Positions 50,801 through 61,044 of a DNA stretch of 64,000 nt are shown here, in pieces. Each line of letters starts with the position of its first letter. The first letter of the stretch is position 1. A program made the position numbers and the translations under genes. The stretch covers positions 11,951,327 through 12,015,326 of the forward strand of contig CAJINV010000002.1 in assembly GCA_905178155.1 (NCBI GenBank). Reading direction: 5' to 3'. The notes under the pieces were generated by a model that was given only the letters and a program-made list of their open reading frames with translations, made no database searches and was not told the DNA's origin. The DNA is from Amoebophrya sp. A120 (Eukaryota > Protista > Dinoflagellata).

Positions 50801-53800
50801 ATCTGCATGACAACTCCGTAGCCATTTTGGCTCAAGGCTCTGCCTTGTTGCCTGAGATCCTACAAATCTAGAATAGGGGGAGCTATGCCGTAGAGTAGAT
50901 TTGATAGCTCACAATCATTTTACCACCACTGACACCACGTCGGTATCTCCCCCGACTCCCTGAAGAGGAGTTTCGAAAGAAGTAGATAAACACCCGAGCG
51001 TGGCGGGTCCGCTGTGCCCCCCTTTACAGTAGCCTACTAGATCTCAGGCCCCCCTATACACTAGCCGAGATCTCAGAACCAGCGCCCCGTGCTGCCGAGT
51101 ACCCCTCCTAAAAATGACCTCCTCCCCGCCCGGACACGGCGCCTGAATCCTGCAGCAGTCGTCCACGCACCATCCTGCGCAGCAGCAAGGTCCTTGCTTA
51201 GCCTGACGGGCATGGGCAGCAACTTCTCCATGTTCGCGGCAGAACCGGAATACGAAATCAGACTGGGGCAGGAGTTCTGGGAAGGGTTAAGTCCACCATG
51301 CCGCCGGTGGATTAAGCAGCTCGGGTAGGCTTCGGCAAACGGACACCAGGTCGAGGTTTCGCGAGCGTGGATGCCCCCCAGCTCGCCCAAGCCAGTAGCA
51401 ACAAGCTCAATCGAGTCTTGTTCCCCAGCGCAATAGATGCGATCATGTAGGGGCGCACAATAGATGCGAGCTCAAGGCTTGGCAGCGCTGGGGGAGATGG
51501 TGTTGCCCACGACGCGGGAATATTCCCGCCGTGGAATCGAGAATGAACCTGGCGCCGAACGTTTTACGCTTCTGTGTTGCTCCCGCGTGGGCAGCGGTCC
51601 GCGTGCAGAAACGTGCTCTACTTGAGCAGCCTTGCCAATCGTGTATCTGTACCCCGCACTTTCGGTCATGTGTAAAGCAATCGCCGATCATGATCGCCAA
51701 ATCCGGCGGTCTAGTGGATCAGCATTAAATCTCGCACCTCTTACCTTTAATTTGGATGTTTAAACATCACTTCAGGCTGGCGCTTGTCGCTTAGTGCCTC
51801 CAGTGAATGCATTCGTCCAGACAGTAACAACTGGTTTGCCGCAGGCTGCAGCTTTCTCTTGTAGTTGTTGGCCTGGCTGTACATCCCCGTTATAGTGGTT
51901 GCGAGTTGGAAGTTTGCGAGAATCAGAGTAGGGAATTGTTGGCAAAAAAAAGTGAGGCGTTGTTCAGTTGGCAAGTTGGCACAGTGTGGATGGTTGCGTT
52001 ATTTTATTTCACCAGAGCTCCAGTTATTTTCCTTCACCAGAGATCCCTTCTAGTTATTTTCCTTCACCAGAGCTCCAGGTAGTTTATGCGTGATCCCTGG
52101 TTTTCCGACAGAGCACTGTCTTGCATGCGTCAGGAAAGCCGCCTTGGGTGCCACGGTACTTGAGGACGTGTTATATGTCTCGGGCGCACGTACATACTAG
52201 CCTGCAGGGACGGCGGAGCCGGAAAAAAATTGCGAAGTATGTTTGGTGGCGATAACAGAGTTGGAATATAGTGGCCGGGAGATGATGGTGATGGCACTTA
52301 GGTGTCCGCCTGACCCACCCGCCCTGCGTCTCAGGCCATCTGCGGCTATGGCACAATGGGGGGGCAAAGTGTGTCGCATTTTGTTTAGCATGACAACTCT
52401 GGTGTGGGGACGTTTTTACTCAGGATAGAGCAGGGCTTTTCCGCATGGAAGAGCTACTTCCAGACGTGCGAAATTTTCCTGCCGTTTCTGTTCCAGAAGC
52501 AGATATGGATTGCAAAAATGTCTGGGTCTGGAAGATTGCAACTTGTCATGCTAAATCCGAATCATGCAGAAATCTGTGTTGCATGAGTGCCAAAAGCTGT
52601 CCACTTTCGACCAAGTTTGGAGGGAGTTTCTCATGCAGGATTGGCATGATAGAGACTTCGCAGAATCTGTCATGCGAAGTACCGCATTCCAGACCTCATG
52701 GGTCATGGAAAATCTGCATGACAAGTTTTCACTTTTCCAGACCCAGACATTTTTGCAATCCATAGCAGAGCAGCCAGAACAACAACCTGGCCTGGGACCG
52801 GAAGCAGCCGGAGGTGGCCGACCTCGTCGCCGTGCTAGAGAAGAACAAAGTTTTGCTCGAGCAGGACTTGAAAAAGTTGCTCATGGACCCGCTGGGCTTG
52901 TTGAGCTCGTTGCTCAACGAGGCAGCAGTCAATGCCAAGACACCGCCTCAACTTCCGATTGGGGGAAGCAACTCGGCTTCAGGTACTAGTTCTTCCACGG
53001 GCGGCGCCGACCACGCTGCAAGAGACCGAGAACAAACGCTAGACTCCTTTGCGCGACTTGTCCGGGAGAAGCATTCGAAGAGCCAACTCGGGAAAAATTT
53101 GGCAGGAGAGCAGGACGATGGCAGTGCCGAGATCGATGATGGGAGGAATTCAAAGCGAGGCAAAAGGTCAGCACAAGTAGATGATCATCAAGAGCAGTAC
53201 GTTTTTAACCGAAATACGTTCTTCCACGTAGCCGCGACGAAGCAGGGCGCGTGGATCAAGTTCGTGCTCTATACGGGGGAATACGGCTGGAACCCGAGTT
53301 ACTGTCCGGCGAATGTCGCGGAGAATTACGCGACCAGAAACTTCAACTACGAGCAAAACCTCGTGGGCAAGCAGGTGACGAGCGAGAGGGAGCTGGCAAT
53401 CGGGAAGAACAAGCTTCACGCGTGCACCATTTTCGAGAACAACAACCACCTGCTACCCGGGCACGAGTTCAAAGATTACTACTTTCTGGCAAACAACGAG
53501 GAAGTGTCCTTCCAGTTGTTTCTTCCGCGAACGAAAATAGGCACGCACAGCGGCGGATCCAACACGCGGGTCAACTTAGACTTGAATTTGTTCAACGTAG
53601 CCGCGGAGAATAAACGCAGTCCAGAGGAAGCAGACGAGTCGACCGGAAGAAACACAAAGAAACGGAAGAAGAACAAGAAGCAAAAGAACAGCACCACTAC
53701 CTCGAGCGACCGTGAACTGACGTCGTTTATCGAAAAGGAAATCACGAGTAATGCACTGTTGCAGCCGTTCGTCACTGGGGAGTTCTACCGCGGACAAATC

Positions 53801-54229
53801 GTAGAAGTCGGAGCTGCATCTTCGTCACGTACTGGACTGGGAGTAGAAGTGGCAGGTGAAGAAGATATGTCATTTGGCAAAAAACTACGTGCAGATGAAA
53901 ATACGAGCGACGTCGTGCACAGGAGGCATTTCTTTCGACAACGCATTGGCAATCGGGAATACCAACATGCAGTACTAGAAGAAGAAGGCGCTGCGACGAA
54001 AAGCAGGAACGTCATCTCCAACGAGGACGTCGTAGTGTACGACGACTGCCAAGATCTCTCGATAGAAGTCGGAGACCTCCCCGTTTTCAAGTTCCAGGTG
54101 GGCATTATGCACCCGTCACTGATAGAGGAACTGGCGGCGCGAACGCGGCCAGCTGGCAGTAGTAGTGGCGGATCATCAAGTACTGGTACCGCAGGGTCAG
54201 GAAGGAGAGGGAAAGGCGGAGAACTGTGA
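47886..54229 (+). CDS. Large secreted protein with an F-type lectin (fucolectin) domain; 4 introners plus 2 GT-AG introns
   Basis: Signal-like MKRISVLLLLFS. The reconstructed domain reads ARQSST…ARRAVDG…SCTHT…PWWMVEL…VHILNRKEAADRLSEFEVRIG…VDCSGFEGKYLAV…LTLCEVLVY. GT-AG introns at 48663-48842 and 49520-49711. The frame is continuous to the stop at 54229 after removing the introners. Confidence 0.85.
48254..48574. mobile_element. Introner, 321 bp, family C
   Basis: TATCAAAGTGAAAAAAGCCCCCACCCCATATC…GATATGGGGAGGGGGCATTTTTCATTGTAATA; direct repeat TTCCA. Confidence 0.93.
48985..49258. mobile_element. Introner, 274 bp, degenerate IR
   Basis: TATGCAT…GGTCTGGA / TCCAGACC…ATGCATA; direct repeat GCCGA; interrupts the lectin motif NRKEAAD|RL. 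Confidence 0.88.
50815..50836 (+). other. Complete 22-nt dinoflagellate spliced leader (DinoSL) sequence
   Basis: TCCGTAGCCATTTTGGCTCAAG, an exact match to the known consensus DCCGTAGCCATTTTGGCTCAAG. Confidence 0.97.
50815..52387 (+). mobile_element. SL-headed nested insertion (retroposed trans-spliced RNA or non-autonomous retroelement), ~1.57 kb
   Basis: Begins exactly with DinoSL. Flanked by GCATGACAAC(TC) at 50805-50816 and 52388-52399. No ORF longer than about 105 aa and no poly(A). Confidence 0.8.
52504..52764. mobile_element. Introner, 261 bp, family A, opposite orientation to 59076 and 36713
   Basis: Perfect 30-bp IR TATGGATTGCAAAAATGTCTGGGTCTGGAA; direct repeat GCAGA; removal gives FQKQSSQNNN. 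Confidence 0.96.
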
Positions 54230-55000
54230 TCGCATAAATCTTTGTACGTTTTAATAGTACGAAAATGATGAAAATGAGGTGCGAGAGCGAGAGCGATCAT
54301 TTCTTTGATTAATGACGCGCAACTTTTCAATTTCAAGTGATAGTACAGATCGATGCTGTTTGCTTGTTTTATTTGTTTGGTGTTGATGGAGCCGCGTCGT
54401 TCCGGTTGAAAGCCTCAAGAAATTTAATGGAAGGACAACATACATTCCACGACGCGCGGGCGCGATGGAGCATTTTGACTCCCAGCGAACGAACGCGAAC
54501 TCTATTTGATAGATTGATTACCTATGCGTCTAAGAAAACTAGCCGGGCCGTTTCTTGACGTCCCCGGTTCGCAGAAATTTTCTTACGTACGGGTTTCTTC
54601 ACAAGGAAGTGATGAAATTGCGACACGCGCAGCGACAACATTTGCGACAGCGATGTGCTTCATCTTGCCGAAGAGGTACAACAGCGAACCTATCGAAACC
54701 TATTGAAAGTGCGTTCACCGAGATCAAGCTTTTGATTGTATTTGATACCAACCTGTATGGCAGCTTTAATCTCTATTGCTGCACCCTCGCACGGAAGTGT
54801 ACGCTAAGTAGCCCTAGCAACGTCTAGTTGTTGAAATTTCTCCACGCCTTTGATATCTGATTCACTACTGATTTTTAGCCAACGGAAACAACACTGACTT
54901 GTCCGTTTTTGAGTTGTCTCCTTGTTTGTCGTGTCAAAATTTCTTTTCACGTAGAATTGTTATTCGAAAAATCTTCACGAAAACGAAAACCAACCTGACC

Positions 55001-55873
55001 ATGGATTGTTATTGTAAAAGGAAAAGGTCGGTTCCGGTTGTCAAAACGATCTTGACAGCCACTTATTGTTATTCTCTGGCAACCGCGGTAACCGCTGCCT
55101 TTGTAGTTCCCCAGCCGGAGCCGGACTACAAGCGACCACGTATTGACGAAGTACTCCGCCCCCGGTATGGAAGCAGTATGATGAATTACTCGGGCAGTAA
55201 GAAGAAGAACCATCAGTTTTTATTCACAACTAACGAAGATGAACCACATGCACAAGCAGGTGGCGGTGTTGCTGAAGATATTTCCATGCACCACGCGCAA
55301 TACCGAAGCTGCGAAGAGCGACTACAAACTCACCACACCGCTACTACTACTACCGAGCAACCGAACTGGCAGCCTGCCGCGTCTCCACCAGCCTCGCCTG
55401 CCACGTCATCTGCGTCAACACCTTGCCCTCCGGCATTCAAATTTGACCGTCGTGGCAGCGGTTCGCAAGACCCGGAACAACTGCAACAGCCGTCGCAGCA
55501 AAATGGACATGCATCATTCCTAGAGAGGAAAGCAAAGGCTCCAAGACTCCAGGATGATAGGACCTCCACGTCGGGCGAAGTACACACCTACAGCACTGTC
55601 CTTCCAACATCCGACCAGAACATGGGCGCTCGTGATGGCGTGGGACCAGCGCAGCTACCAAAGCCGGCGGAGCTGGGAGAGGACCGCAATAGCGCGGCGA
55701 GCCTTGTCCTTCCAGGATCGGGCGGTCGCGCCAGACCGGGACCACTTTTGGCGACAGCGCTGAGTCTGCCGACGCCCTGGCAGACGTCGGACCCGGACCT
55801 TCAGCCGCAGGGGCTACATGACCTCTACGGAGACTTGCCCCCAGCCTTCTTTGAGTTTGGCATGGGCGGATGA
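55001..55873 (+). CDS. Hypothetical low-complexity, probably secreted protein
   Basis: Open frame 54899-55873 with ATG at 55001, followed by the hydrophobic ILTATYCYSLATAVTAAFVV; Pro/Ser/Gln-rich. Confidence 0.55.
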   Translation: MDCYCKRKRSVPVVKTILTATYCYSLATAVTAAFVVPQPEPDYKRPRIDEVLRPRYGSSMMNYSGSKKKNHQFLFTTNEDEPHAQAGGGVAEDISMHHAQYRSCEERLQTHHTATTTTEQPNWQPAASPPASPATSSASTPCPPAFKFDRRGSGSQDPEQLQQPSQQNGHASFLERKAKAPRLQDDRTSTSGEVHTYSTVLPTSDQNMGARDGVGPAQLPKPAELGEDRNSAASLVLPGSGGRARPGPLLATALSLPTPWQTSDPDLQPQGLHDLYGDLPPAFFEFGMGG

Positions 55874-56844
55874 TGTTTTACCTTTTTACTTTTATAAATA
55901 AAGATAAGTATATGTTTTGCTTTTGCACCACTGTGCATAAGATCACGACGCACTTAACAACTGATCCTCAACTTGAGATGCTCTGGCCTGTTGTCTATAA
56001 CTCGAGAAAAGAAGCGCAGCCATGCTTCACCATTCAGTTTTCTTTCACTTTGTTCATCGACTTGTTGATACCTGTACATAAATTTTTCGGCCATCATCTC
56101 TTGGACATAAATTGTTCGGCCACGTATACGTTAGTTAGTACGCGCGGAGTCACTTACCGTACTCAAGAAGAAAGCTGTTGTGGCTGCTCCTTGAAATACT
56201 TTGTATACCATAGACTCAGGCATGATGAATCTTATTTTGGATATCGGATTAGGCTTAGATTTGTCCTGGCTCAGGTGGATTGTCATAACGTATAACCGCA
56301 CGACTGTGCATACATATAGCGAACAGACTTTCAAAAAATTATATCGGACCACAAAAAAATAAAGGAAGCCTCACAGAATAGGGAGGAGGTGCAGAAATTG
56401 TGAGCACGACTTGATTGGTGATTTTGCTCAACGAGTGTATGTAAAGCAGATCACTTCACGCACACAAGACAAACTTCACTTCACAAGTGTGCGTAAAGCT
56501 AAAAGAACTAGAAGGTGCGTTTTCATATTTTCTATTTTGCTCGAAGAAGACCAGGATTAGGGGATAGAGTGGAGCAAGCAATGACGAGCACACTTGTGCC
56601 AACTAGTTGTATCAATTGCTTTTGAAAATGAAAACACAGGAAACTCGCTCCCGCGTAAAGATGATCCGCATTTATGGAAACCAAACTCAGGGGGGTCGAC
56701 GTGTGGTGAAAATTTTGCTAGTGGAACTTGAAGGACAGAAGCTCACAGAAAGAAGTGCGGCATGGTCCAAGCTTTCCCTGAAGAGACGACGTTATTTTTC
56801 CGAATTATTTCGCGATGTCGATCATGTGCATTAGCGAAAGGAAG

Positions 56845-56898
56845 AAAAAAGCAACGATATACGACTATAATAAAAAAGCAACGATATACGACTATAAT
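56845..56898. repeat. 27-bp tandem duplication
   Basis: AAAAAAGCAACGATATACGACTATAAT x2. Confidence 0.9.
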
Positions 56899-57655
56899 GG
56901 AGCTGCAAGCTTCAGCCTTTTCATACAGTGTATGAAAATAAAACTCATTTCTTTGACGAACTGCTATCGCTTGAGAATGAGAAAACAAAAAGACCGAAAG
57001 CACTTGAAGAAAATAAAACTGAACTATGGGGCAAGCGTTGATCAAATCGTTAGTTGCTGTTTAACAAAAGTTCCGCCCTTTTCTTGGTGAAGAAGGTGGA
57101 CAGATGGAATGCGAGATAACAAAGAAATGAATCCTCAAGCCGTTTGCTACTTTGCTTAGCCCCCCACAAATAATCCGGGGATGACTTTGCGAGGATTGCG
57201 GACACCTTTGTTGCGATATTTCATCGAGCCGCTTGCAGCTAGATTGCTCAGCACACCAGAAAAACACTCGGGGGCAGCTCAATGCTGAAAAGATCTTCAG
57301 AAAAAACAGCTTCACTACATGGAGCCCCGTGCTGGGTAATACCACTACTAGTAGTACTGTCTGCAGAATCAACATCGTGGCAACTCTCACTGGGCTGGAT
57401 CGGGGATCGATCGCATTATCGAATTCTGACCCGTTTTACTGGCTAATATCTTCAGGGCAGAGACAATAAAAACGAAACCGACCACGGAATTGTGATATAA
57501 CGTTCAAACTCTCATATTTGTACGGCATTGCACTCGCTTCACCGGATTGATTCGTCGACATCGTGAAAGAACAGACGTGGGAATTTTCAAGAATTCGTAT
57601 TTTGACAATTTGTAGTTTTCCAACAACGTATGCGTATCAACATCGACCAGTCAAC

Positions 57656-60052
57656 ATGGCAGAAACATTCCCTAGTAGTACTGGTGTTTTTTCTTCCTTA
57701 GCGGAACTTCCAGCACACCTGCCGGTTGTATTGGAGGGGCAACTACCGCTTTTGTTGCCGCTGAAGGTCGGAAGAAAAATGCTATACGACGCAGGAGCGG
57801 TGTTCCGGCGCAGCGTGGACGACGTTTCGCATTTGCCCGTGGCGGTGCAGGAACTTTTCGCCTCGGTGCCGAAGGGAGCACTGCCACCCGCGGAAATTTT
57901 GCTGACGCTCGGCTGGCTGTTTTTCAATATTCTGTTCAGCTACCTCGGGTTTTCCGTGCTGCTCCAGCCTCGAAGTAGACCAGAGGTCTCGACCGTGGAC
58001 GACGATGCTTCTAAAGGTTCAGCTGCAGCCACTTCTGCCAGCGACTCTTCCAGGTCGGCGCCTCCTGGCAAGAAGAACCAGGGCAACTACACCAAGAATG
58101 GCACTGCGGAGGACCCCAACAAGTCTTCAGCGTCCGACATGTTCACCATTCCGCCTTTGATTGATCTGAGCGAGACGAGAAGCAGGACGAACAACCTGCT
58201 ATTCTTCCGCCGCACGATTTTCGCCCTGGTACTGGGCGTTGTGCCGATTTACGTCGTGTACAGTTCGGTGTTCCTGCAGCCGTTCCTGATCTTTCTGTTT
58301 TGCAGCTCCGTCGCGGTCCTGTACTTCCCCCCGGTGCTCACGACCCTGATCGCCATTGCCGTGCTGAGTTGGTGCCACCTGAACGTGATGGGGAGCATGG
58401 GCCGTGGCGCCGACGCCAACGCGGACGTGGCGGGGGCAGCTTCGGACCACACCGACTACAGCGACCCAAGCGGGATTTTCATGCTGTTTTGCGTGCGGCT
58501 GTCGCAGGCCGCGTGGGAGGTCTACGACGGAAAGATGCTGGCGCGAAACCCGACCAGCCCCCTGTCCGCGAACCCGAAGGTGGACCAGTTTCGCCGCACG
58601 CGGGCGGTGGTGCCGCCGGAGAGACCAACGGTGTCTTGGATTCTGGTGTTTTCCGCCTTCTGCGTGTTCTTCCCCGGAATTTTAGTGGGGCCCTCCGGCG
58701 GCCTGCGCGATTTTGTCGACTTTCTCGACATCGCGGGCAGCTGCAACGACGGCAGTGCCGCCAAAATGAACTTGTCCCGTCGTCCCGTGAACAAGCTGAA
58801 GATCTTGAAGCTCATCTTCACCGCCCTTACGTGCGCTGCGATCTACCAGGCGGCCAACGTGGTCCTTCCACTGAACCGGGACATCCTCGACAACTACTTG
58901 CCCACCCTGCCGGTGGTCCTGCGGATTCTGTACCTGACCTTCTCCGTGGACGGCTTTCGCTACAAGTACTACCTGGTCTGGTCTCTCTCCCTCGCGGCCT
59001 CAACCGCGAGCGGGTTCTCGACTGACGACAACGACAAAAACGCGCAGAACGTGGACATCGTGCGCGTGGAAACGTTATCCAATGCAAAAATGTCTGGGTC
59101 TGGAAGAATACGCGATTTGTCATGCAGCTTTTCCATGACACCCATGAGGTCTGGAATGCAGGACCTAGCATGACAGATTCTGTGCGATCTCTCTCATGCC
59201 TATTCTGCATGAGAAACCCCCTCCCGACTTGGTCAAAACTGGACGACTTTTGGTAATCATGCAACACAGATTTTTGCATGCTGCGGATTTAGCATGACAA
59301 GTTGCAATCTTCCAGACCCAGACATTTTTACATTTGATAAACGTCCACCGCCATGGCGGACATGCTGGTCGGGTGGAACACCAGTGTGAGCTTGTGGCTG
59401 AATATGGAAAGAAAAAAGTTTGTCACAGTCACTAACGTGCAGGTTTTGCATGATAAATTTTTCCCGCATCACAGGTTTTTCTTGTATTGCAGAAACACTA
59501 AGGAAATCCCTTATGAAGTTTGGCTGTGATGCATTTTTACGCATGACAGACAGTTTTGTATTGCAAAAATGCGCATGAGTGATCGTGACGAACTTTTTTT
59601 GTTTGATACTCAAGTGCTCGGTGTTCGAACGTGTAATGGACAGCAGAGTGATCAACCGGTTCTTCCCCAAGTCAAAAAAACTGCTCGCGACTACCATCAC
59701 CCGCATCTTCTCCGCGGTCTGGCACGGCTTCCGTTCGGGGTACTACTTGTTCTTCCTCTCAACCGTGCTGGTCACCGTGTCCGAGGCCCACCCGGTGCTG
59801 CGGTGGCTGGAGGCGAAAGCGCCACTGGTCAAGTGGCTCCTGCATGCCATGTTCTTCAATGTGGTTGCGGTGCCCTTCGTTGTGCTGACCTGGCAAGACT
59901 CCTTGAAGGCCTGGAATTTGGTCTACTACTCCGCTCACATAGTCATGCTAGGCTTCATCGCCTCGCAGCAATTCTCGAAGTTCTCCAGCTGGAAGCTACC
60001 CCCGAGGGCGGGGGAGGAGATCAAGCAAGGGGAAGGGAAAAAGGAGAAGTGA
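57656..60052 (+). CDS. MBOAT-family lysophospholipid acyltransferase (LPCAT/Ale1-like), split by 2 introners
   Basis: Motifs FFPGILVGP, RYKYYLVWSL, NVDIVRVET|STAMADMLVGWNTSVSLWLK|CSVFER and SAVWHGFRSGYYLFF (catalytic His); multiple TM segments. Confidence 0.92.
59076..59339. mobile_element. Introner, 264 bp, family A
   Basis: TATCCAATGCAAAAATGTCTGGGTCTGGAAGA…TCTTCCAGACCCAGACATTTTTACATTTGATA; direct repeat AACGT. Confidence 0.95.
59403..59608. mobile_element. Introner, 206 bp, family B, inverted relative to 40047-40255
   Basis: TATGGAAAGAAAAAAGTTTGTCAC…GTGACGAACTTTTTTTGTTTGATA; flanks CTGAA/CTCAA. Confidence 0.94.
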
Positions 60053-61044
60053 ACGAACAAGAAGTGCAACGCGTACGACACCAAATCAATCTATTATACT
60101 GGAGGGCATGGGTGTCCGATGATATTGTATTTGTGTTGTTATGTATATGTATTAATTAAACTACCAAGTAAATAATTATAATTTCTGTTTTGTACAGTAC
60201 ATGCCGTTGTTCTCAACAACCTGCATGTCCAAGAAGTATGTAGTGAGACACGGCTAGTAAGTAGCAGGATAGGCTACAGTGTGTATCAAAAGCCAAATCA
60301 TCATCAAGAGAACCAACATCATCGAGAATTGTGCCGGGCGATGAGATGAAGTATTGGCAACATGCAACAAAGCATTCGAAATAAATAGAACAGAGCGACA
60401 GGAGTGGCGAGCCAGAAGTGTATCAACCCACCAGAGAACAACAGGGCGAATGCCTTTGCCTTTCTTGGCGAGAAGAGCAAGAAACTCCATGACCGTGGCG
60501 TGGTATCCCCCACCGTGTGGCTCCATCGACATTCAATTTTAGACAAAAGGAAGAATTGAGAGCCTCTGCTGCATTTTTTTTCTTAGATAAAATCGAAATT
60601 TGTTCATTTCGCATACGTCGATTTGGTTTGTATGAGGACGAGTGTAGTTGGAAGTTGGAGAGTACAGTACGAAAAACGTTGATGACAGGCACGACGTCTT
60701 GATTTTGAGAGAGGTTGGAGCTTCATCGTATCTATGGGGTGAATAAGCGTTTGCACAGCTTTAGCTTTTTTCTCGTTGTCCTCGCTCGTGTTCGTCTGTC
60801 GTGTACAACCGTGGGAAATTCCTTCTGAGCGGGGCATGTGATGCACTACGATAGTTTTGTCGTCCATACACATGGAATAGCATGGATGTGTAGAAACAAA
60901 ACGACACCGCAACGAACCAATAACATAAGTTTTTCTCTATCCTCGCGTTGGTTCGATCTTCGATTTCGGAACAACTGTGTAACTTTCTAATAGGGTGTAG
61001 AAAGAAAAGCTCTTTTTTTTCGGTGCCCAGGCAGGTCTGAGAAA

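Larger units (their letters stand above)
50566..52427. mobile_element. Introner, 1862 bp (279 bp once the nested insertion is removed)
   Basis: 32-bp IR TATCCTGAGTAAAAACATCCCCACACCAGAGT…ACTCTGGTGTGGGGACGTTTTTACTCAGGATA (1 mismatch); direct repeat GAGCA; removal gives KAIEQGFSAW. Confidence 0.95.

Noticed and set aside
50815-50880. Functional SL RNA gene
   Set aside because: The SL is followed by GCTCTG rather than the usual GT donor, and it starts exactly at a target-site duplication. It is not fully excluded, since GC donors exist.
50960-50978. Hammerhead ribozyme core (CTGAAGA…GAAA) in the SL insert
   Set aside because: I could not build stems I and III or a cleavage triplet around it.
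50566-52427. Long introner as the autonomous, transposase-encoding master element
   Set aside because: No ORF exceeds ~105 aa and no DDE-like motif is visible; the extra length is explained by the TSD-flanked SL insert.
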